In this document: positions 31,301 to 40,300 of the stretch, one piece after another
How positions within the stretch are numbered: the stretch's first letter is position 1
Layout: each line of letters begins with the position of its first letter
Source: Minisyncoccota bacterium
GTDB taxonomy: Bacteria > Patescibacteriota > Minisyncoccia > Phycocordibacterales > UBA918
Assembly (NCBI GenBank): GCA_021129515.1
Contig: JAJOLD010000001.1
Location: 1-46,505, forward strand
DNA length: 46,505 nt
Reading direction: 5' to 3'
Notes under the pieces: generated by a model
Told to the model about the DNA's origin: nothing
Database searches by the model: none
Seen by the model: the letters and a program-made list of their open reading frames with translations, nothing else
Program-made: the position numbers and the translations under genes

Positions 31301-34300
31301 AGACACTTGCTGATGTGTCAGGTACACTTTCTTTCAATAACCTCACTTTTGGTAATGCGGCAAGTACAGCACAGTGGCAATCAGCGTATCCGTATAGTAT
31401 TGCCGGTGATTTGTCAGTGCAGTATGGAACATTGGATAGAGCGTCGTCGACGATAACGGTGTCGGGTGATATTACGACGGGTGCAGCAGGTATCTGGTCT
31501 GGTGTAGCAACGACCACCTTTGCAGGAACAGCACCGGCGCAATGGACCGATGCAACTACGCTTGGACAGGATATTGGACATGTGGTTATTGATGGACCAG
31601 CGCTGACCGTTGCTGCACAGAGTAATGTACGTGCGTCATCGATCATCATTGGTGCTGATGACACCTTTGATGCTGGTGGTACCTATACCATTGCCGTGCT
31701 GGGCGATGTTACTAATAACAACATATTTACCCCACGCACGAGTACCTTGGCATTGGTTGGTGCGTCATCGGTGGTGACTATGAACAATTCGTCACTCTAC
31801 ACCGTGCATGCGTCTGCAACTATGAGTGTTGCATTTACTGATACCAATATCGTCGTGTTGGATAATTTCCAAATTGCGACAGGTACGGTGACCTTGCCAA
31901 CGGGTACCACAACCATTGGTGGCTCCTTTAGTAACATCGGAGGTAATTTTGCACACAATAATGGTGCGGTGGACATGGTTAGTACCGGTGCTGAAACGAT
32001 TGCGCAACAAGGTACCAATTTCTTAAATGCATTCTACAATCTGTCATTTACGGGTTCTGGTAGCTGGTCATTTGTCGATACTGCAGCAACAACCACAAAC
32101 GATTTTATTATTACCGATGGTGCGGTGACGCTCCCAAGCAGTCAGCTTACGGTTGGTGGTGCATATCGTACTGAGGGTTCTGGTTCATTTGCGCACAATA
32201 CTGGTGAGGTCGTGCTCTTGGTCACTGCAAGTGATGCGGTGACGACAAACGGTTCTGCCTTTGAGGATGTCCGTATCCGTAACGCGGCAAGTGGTGCCTG
32301 GTATGACTTTGACTGGACAAGTCGAAAAGCAATTACTATTGATGCAAGTGTGATTGACGCAACACTGACCAATTTCCCAGTCTATGTTGATTTAGCGGAC
32401 TTGGGTTCTGATTTCTTCACTGAGGTCAATGCAGACGGTGGCGATATTCGTATCACACAAAGCGATGGGGTCACTGAGGTTGCGCGCGAAGTGGTGGCTA
32501 TTAATACCGGTGCTGAAACAGGAGAATTGCACTTCAATGCAACCAGTATTGCAAGTACGACCGATACCACCTTCTATATCTACTATGGAAATAGCGGAGC
32601 GTCGGAACCTGCAGCAAGTGCAACCTACGGGAGCGAGAATACCTGGAATAGCAATTATGAAGCGGTGTATCACTTGAGTGAATCCGGATCGACGTATAGT
32701 GATAGTACCAGTAATGGGCACGATGGTACGGGTGAAGGTACCAATCCAACCGTAACCACTGGGGTGCTCGGTGATGGGCAAGATATTGCCAGTGGGCGCA
32801 TTGACCTCGGTAATGGCATGAATACGGATCTTATTTCCGCAGGTGCGTATGTAGTATCTGTGTGGGTGAATCTCGACACCTCAGCAAGTGACCAGTCACC
32901 TGTCTCACAATATACTGCTGCAGGAGATTTTCTCTTCTGGGCTGATGCAGGCGGAGGTGGGACGGGATTCTGTCATTACAACGGTACGTATATGCCAAGT
33001 GACTGTGTGGATTTGAATAATCAAAATGTAAGTACCTGGCAATATCTTGTTGCTCGACACGATGGAAGTGTTGGTTCGGTGTATGTCGATGGACAGATTA
33101 CAGGCGTGGGTGATACATCGTCAACGTTTGCCGTTGATGCAGGTGTGCGGTTTTCTATCGGTACCCAAAATGGTGACAGTACCGCCCGGCAGTTCAATGG
33201 ACAAGTCGATGAAGTGCGTATTGTATCAAGCGCACTCTCTGCGGAATGGATTGCCGCAGAGTACCAAAACCAAGCAACCACCACTGATTTCTATACGATT
33301 GCTGCTTCAGAAGATGTCTTTGCGCGCACCTTTACTGAGGCTGCCGCTACGGTGCTCGGTGACATCACTATTGAAAGTGGTGAGGTGGTATTTCCATCAG
33401 GAGTACTCTCAGTAGGTGGGTCGTTTGATAACGATGGTACGTTTGCTGCAAATAACGGTACCGTGCTCTTTAACTCAGCTGCAGGGAGTGAAACTATTGC
33501 TGCGGGTGTGTCTTCGTTTGCGACCGTGCAGTTTAACCATGCCGCAGGCGACTTTACAATTACAGAGCATGCCACAGCAACTGATGCACTTGCACTGGTA
33601 GATGCTGCATCCTTTACGGTCAATAGTGGTTTAGTACTTGCATCACAAGGTGCCTTTACCAATACCGTGGGCGGTGCAAGTACGACTTGGACGGGTACAA
33701 CGCTCAAACTCTCAAGTGGTGGGGATGTTCCTATAAATACTACTGCTGACGCCGGTGACACCTATGCAACCCTGCTAACGACAGGTGATACCAGCGTTTC
33801 TATGTGGAATTCAGCTGCAGGTACGTACACCACCATGGATACTGCATCTATTTATTCACAAGATCATGCGGGTGTTGATGGTGATCTCTATATCTTTGGA
33901 ACATACACACGAGACAGTGGTACAGAATACTGGAGTTATGCGACTGATTTTGACGGTACCGACCTCGGCACCACATCACCGCGTGCCGTCTCCGTACATG
34001 TAGAAAACGGCGCGTCGGTAACTATTGCAACATCTTCGTTCGAAATGCGCGGTGTTGCAGGGGCATCAACTACGGTCGATGCACAAAGCGGCAGCTTTGC
34101 TATTACTGCAGCACATGCAACGGTCACGGCAGAATACTTTACGATGACCGGTACTGATGCAGACGGACTTGCCTTGACGAGTTCAACAACCGTCACTACC
34201 TTTGATCGCTTTATGTTCACCATCGGTGCTGGGGTGTCTGCAGTCACGGTAGATGCGTCCACTATTGATACGAATCCTGCTGCACAGTTCTTTGAAACAG

Positions 34301-37300
34301 GATTTGTCAGTGGTGGTGGGTCTGCCAACGTAACGCTCAGTGGTAGCCCCACTTCATTCTGGTGGTTCCGCGATGGTGCGGGTGACCGATACGGAGAAGC
34401 CTTTGATAACGCTGATGGTAATCCTGGTGCATTACGCTGGGATGATAGTAATTACACTATCGATATTTCGGGTACCGTGTATGCCGATGATGGTACCACT
34501 ACACTCGGTGGTCCAACCTGTGACGGTGTCACCAATGTCGTGCGTGTGGTTGTTGATGGTGGTACCTATACCGATAGTGTGCCGTGTAGTGATGCCAGCG
34601 GAGCATACACATTGAGTAATGTTGCGTATGTGGGTGATGCTGATTTGGTAGTGTATCTCGATACAAATGGTGGTGTGCTCGGCAGTGTCTATACAAAGAC
34701 ACCAACGGGGAATATTACCGACCTCAATATATATGCACATCGTGTCATGACTCGACACGAAGATACTGCTGCAATGACTATTGCCGATATGGTGCATTAT
34801 GATGAAGACGATGATAGCGACCTGCGTGTGTCTACCGCGACGGGCTCACCAGATACAGTGATTGTACGTGCTGACACTGAGCTTATCATTGCATCAAGTA
34901 CCACGTTTGCACCGAGTGGTACCGTTACGGTGGAATCGGGAGGTAGTGGTATGGCATATGATGGCTCATTCCATATCGATGACAACGCGACCTTTACTGC
35001 TAGTGGTACAGAAACACATCGTGTTGGTGGTAGTTTCTTCCGTGATACTGGCTCGAGTTTTGATGCAGCATCGACCACATTTATCTTTACTGCCACAACC
35101 AGTGGTAAGGCAATTACCAGTGTGGTGAGCGGTGATACAGCATTCCATGCAGTGCAGTTTACTGGCGTTGGGGGAGCCTGGAATCTGAATACCGATATTG
35201 CATTGACTGCAGACCTGACACTTGCCACCGGTACGCTTACAGGAACTGGCAATATTACGCTTACGCAAGGCGCATTTACTGGTGACGGTTCGCTGTCACT
35301 TGGTGGCGGTACGGTGAGTATTGCGGAGGGGAGTGTGCTTGGTGGGGTCAATCCATGGACATTCCACAACATAACGCTTGGTACCGGCACCACATACGGC
35401 ACGACAACCAGAGCATCGCTCGCGACGACGACGGTCGGTGGCGTGCTCACCGTTACTGCAGGGCATGTGCTCGACATGGGTGGTTCGCACTGGGAGCTTG
35501 CTGGCGCAGGAACGCCATTGGTGCTGACGGGAACACTTGATACAGCAACCAGTACAGTACGGTACAGTGCATCTGCGGCAACCAATATTGTGAGTGGTGC
35601 GTATTACAACCTCCTTTTGAGTGCAAGTGGTAATGCACCAACATATACGGCAATCGGTCCTGGTATTACCGTTGGTAATGCGCTCACGATAGGTGGTGCA
35701 ACTACAACCAATGTGACCTTTACCACCAACGATACCGCTCTCGATGTTGCAGGGGATATGACCATTGCAACAACAGGTGTCTTTGTGGCAAGTGACAGTG
35801 GCAGCTTCACCCTTGCGGGGAGTTATGATAATAACGGCACCTTTACCGCAGGTGATGGTACGGTCACCTTTGATGGTGTCGGGAGTGCAACGGTTGCTGC
35901 GGGAAGTTCGGCATTTGCGACGGTGCTACTCACCGGTACCGGTGACTATACGTTTAGTGAATATGCATCAGCAACGGAAGCATTCAGTATCGGAAGTTCG
36001 GTGGGGTCGTTTACACTTGCAAGTGGGGAAACCTTGGCGGTTGGCGGCACCTTTACCAACGCACTTGGTGGCGCATCAACAACATGGAGTGGTTCAACGC
36101 TTGAGCTTGCGGGCGGCAGTAATTACGCAATCAATGCAAAAACTATCGCAGATCGGTACAACACGTTGGTCGTAGCGGACGGAACACAAATTCGCATGTG
36201 GAATAGTAGTGCAACTACTACCATGGTACTTGATACGAGTTCACTCTATTCAATGGATCATGCCGGTGTGGATGGTGCGGTGTATGTATATGGTACCTAC
36301 ACTAAAACGGCTGGTACTGATTATTGGAGTTATGCAACTGACTTTGATGGTACCGATTTGTCTGGTGGTGATGAGCGAGCCGCATCGGTGTACTTTGCTG
36401 AGTATAGTACTACCACATATACCGGTGGTGGATTACAGGTGCTTGGTACGGCATCGGCAACCACGACCCTCCAAAAACAACCACCACTTGCATCTGGGGT
36501 GACCATTGTTGATGGCTTTACTTCGGGCACCACTAAAACCATTTCAGCAGGCATTAATCGACTATTGGTGGTTGGTATTTTTGCTGAAGATAGTGCAACA
36601 AATGCAGATATAGACACCGTCACGTATGGGGGAGAAACAATGACTGAAATACATGATGAGCAAATCACCACCGTCTTTACCAATGCAGTATGGGTTGGGT
36701 ATCTCGATGAAACAGGGATGAGTGCTGCTATTGGAAATACCATTAGCCCAACATGGGTTGGCGGTACACCTGACTCTTCCGTGCTCTATAGTTCGGTGGT
36801 GCTCGGGCATGTTGATCAGGTTAACCCAATTTCTGGCTGGAGTGCAGATAGTGCGGCAAGTGTTGCAACACTGCAGGCGACGTCATCACTCTCTGTGGCA
36901 GATGGGGACCGCACGCTCTATTTCACGGGTGTTGGTTCGGGTGGGGTAACGCATACCCCTTCCAGCGGCTATACCGAAGGTACTGAGGAAGACGATACCA
37001 GTGCCGTTGCAGCAACTGCCCACCGCGCAATTACGGGAAGTGGTACAGAGTACCCAACCGCAACATGGTCGAGTGCTGTCAATCATGTGGTAATGCTTTC
37101 ACTCAATGTCCGTTTTGCAACACCACTGGCGAGTACCTACGGGTTGCGTATTGGTGGTACGGCATCAACCACATGGTCCTACTATAGTATTCGCGAAATT
37201 GATGCAGATGGGCTTACCTTTAGTGGTACACCAAACGTCACCTCATTGTCATATGGTGATTTCCTTGTCGCACATGATGGTGGTTCAGCGCTCACTATTG

Positions 37301-40300
37301 GAGGTACGGTGATTAATGAAAATCCAGCAAAGAACTTTGTTGCAAACACCTTTGCAACGTCGAGCACCTTCGCGACTGCATACAATGTCACTGCAACGGG
37401 TACGGCAATCAGCTCATGGCGCTTTGTGAGCCATGTCGGTGATCTTGCGGGTGAATCATATGATAATGATCTGGGCGGTGACCCTGGGTACGTGGTGTGG
37501 GATGATAGTGCGGCTAATATTACGATTTCAGGAAACGTCTACAGCGATGAAGGAAGTACTGTGTCTTCAGTGTGTGATGGTGCAACCAACAACATTACAC
37601 TGCGGGTTGCTGGCTTAACCAGTTACACTACAAGCTGTAATGCAACCACAGGCTTCTATCAAATTACGGGTGTTGCCTATGGTCCAACCGATACCCTCAC
37701 ACTCTACATTGACAACGAGCCGGAAAACGCGGCAAACGTGACGGTAGCCCCGGTATCATCAATTGGTGATATGCATTTGTATGAAAATCGTGTCATTGTG
37801 CGTCATGAAAATACTGACCCGCTCACCATCGCAGATATGTCTGTATGGGATGATAGTGATGATGGTGATATTCCATTCACTGCGGTCGATGGTGGTACCG
37901 ATACCCTGACCCTCCCTGCAGATTACAAACTCATTGTATGGAATAACAAAACCTTTGCACCAGCAGGTAATATAACGCTCGCAGGCGGTGGCGCAGGTGC
38001 CGCGTATGATGGTACGCTCGCACTCTTTGCAGATGCACAATTTGCCGCAGCAGATGGAGAAAATCATTCCATTGGAGGCAGTATGGTGATGGATGCCGAT
38101 GCAGTATTTGATGCACAGGAATCAACAATGACCTTTACCACCACAGCTGCAGCGCGCACTATTGATACCAATGAGCAGCCATTCTATAAACTCACCTTTA
38201 ACGGCACTGGTTCATGGTCCATTGCAAATACCGATCTGGCAGTCGATAGTGATTTGAGTATTACGCAAGGTACGCTCACACTTCCAAGCGGTACCACAAC
38301 CATCTCAGGGTCTATGAATGCGGGTGGTGGTTCATTTGCACATAATAATGGTGTGGTGGTCTTTGATTCAGCAGGTACCGGAGAAGTGCTGTTGACTGGC
38401 GGATCCGCATTTAATGAACTTATATTCACGGGTGATGGTTCATGGAATATGAATGATACACATGCCACCGCAACTGACCGCGTGCGTATTGCCAATGGAG
38501 CTGTTCGATTCCCATCAGGTTCTATGGCAATTGGTGCAGATTTGACCGTACATGCTACAGGAACTCTGATGCACAACAATGGTGCTGTGTGGCTCACCTC
38601 AACTGCACCGACTACAACCGTGACACTCACTGGGTCCGATTTGTACACACTGGTTGCAAACGGTGATAGCGAGCTCGTGTTTGCCGATACTAACGTGGCA
38701 TTGCAAGGTGACTTGACCTTGCTCCAAGGCACCACAACGGCAGCGACCGGTACACTCTCTATTGGTGGCTCATTCCAAAATGATGCATCGTTTAGTCATG
38801 CTTCAGGAACACTTTACTTCAACTCAGGCGACACTGGAGAAACGGTGTCAGTTGGTGGTGATGCACTACACAACGTGCTCTTTGCATCAGCGGGCGGTGG
38901 TTGGACTATGGTGACGAGTGCAACCACAACGGGTAATTTCTCACTCACCAATGCAACGGGGTATGTACAAACATCAGGTACCACACTCACGGTTGCCGGT
39001 GTATTTACCAACACAGTGGGTGGTGCTGCAACTACCTGGACTAATACCACCCTTCGACTCACCTCTGGTACCGACTATGCAATCAATACCAAGGCAGCAG
39101 GAGGGGATAGTTACGCAACCATAGCACTTGCGGATGAGATGGATGTGCGTTCATGGAATTCAAGCTACACCACGGTCACGCTCGCGACATCATCACTCTA
39201 TTCTCAGGACCATGCATCGGTTGATGGTGACCTCTATATCTATGGTGACTTCACACTTGCAACAGGAACCGCATACTGGAGTTATGCAACGGACTTTGAC
39301 GGTACGGTGCTGACTGGTGGTAGTCGCCGCGCGGTTGATGTGTTTATAGCATCAGGATCAACCGTCAGTGTTGATGGCGGCTCGCTCTATATGGTCGGTG
39401 ACGCAACAGCAACCACTACCGTGCAGGGCGTGAGTGGCTATACCTATCCATTTAGCGTTGCGAGCGGTCTCTTTGATGCACAATATTATGCATTTAGAAA
39501 TCTCAATGCATCAGGACTCCATTTTGCAGATACACCAACCATTAATGCACTCTCATATGGAGATTTTGTCTTGGATGTTTCAGGCGGCTCTTTGATTACT
39601 CTCAGCTCAACCACCTTAAATGCAAACGCCTCAATGGTTATTCCGGGTGTACGCTTTGCAACCACATCGGCAATTTCTGGTGTTAACGTTACGCTCTTGG
39701 GTACTACCACTAATGCATGGCAATTCATTGGACACAGCGGCAATATCAGTGGTGAGGCATATGACAGTGACGATGGTACTAATTGTGGTTCAATTCGATG
39801 GGACGATAGCTCATGTTTGCTCACGCAGCAGACTGGGTATCGATGGCGTACTGACGATGGCGGGTTGGGCGTGCCTGATGATGAATGGCTTGATACCGAC
39901 TGGAGTAAGCGTCGGCAAATTCGAGTACGTAATGATGATGCAACGACCTATACCAATATGCCAGTACGTGTAGAAGTATCTTATGACAGCGACATGCAGA
40001 CTGACTTTGAAGATGTACGCTTCACCGATGCAGCAGGAACGACCGAACTCTCATATTGGGTTGAGCGATATACCGCAAGCACCGATGCAACTGTGTGGGT
40101 ATTGGCACCGTCATTGGCAGCATCAGACATTACCACTATCTATATGTACTATGGGAATGCACTAGCAACCTCATCGGCTTCTGGCACCGCAGTCTTTAAT
40201 GCATTTGATGATTTTGAAGATAATGATATTGCTGAATATAGCGGTGATACAACCCTCTTCCAAACCGATACCACCTTCAACTATAACGGGAACTTTGGTC

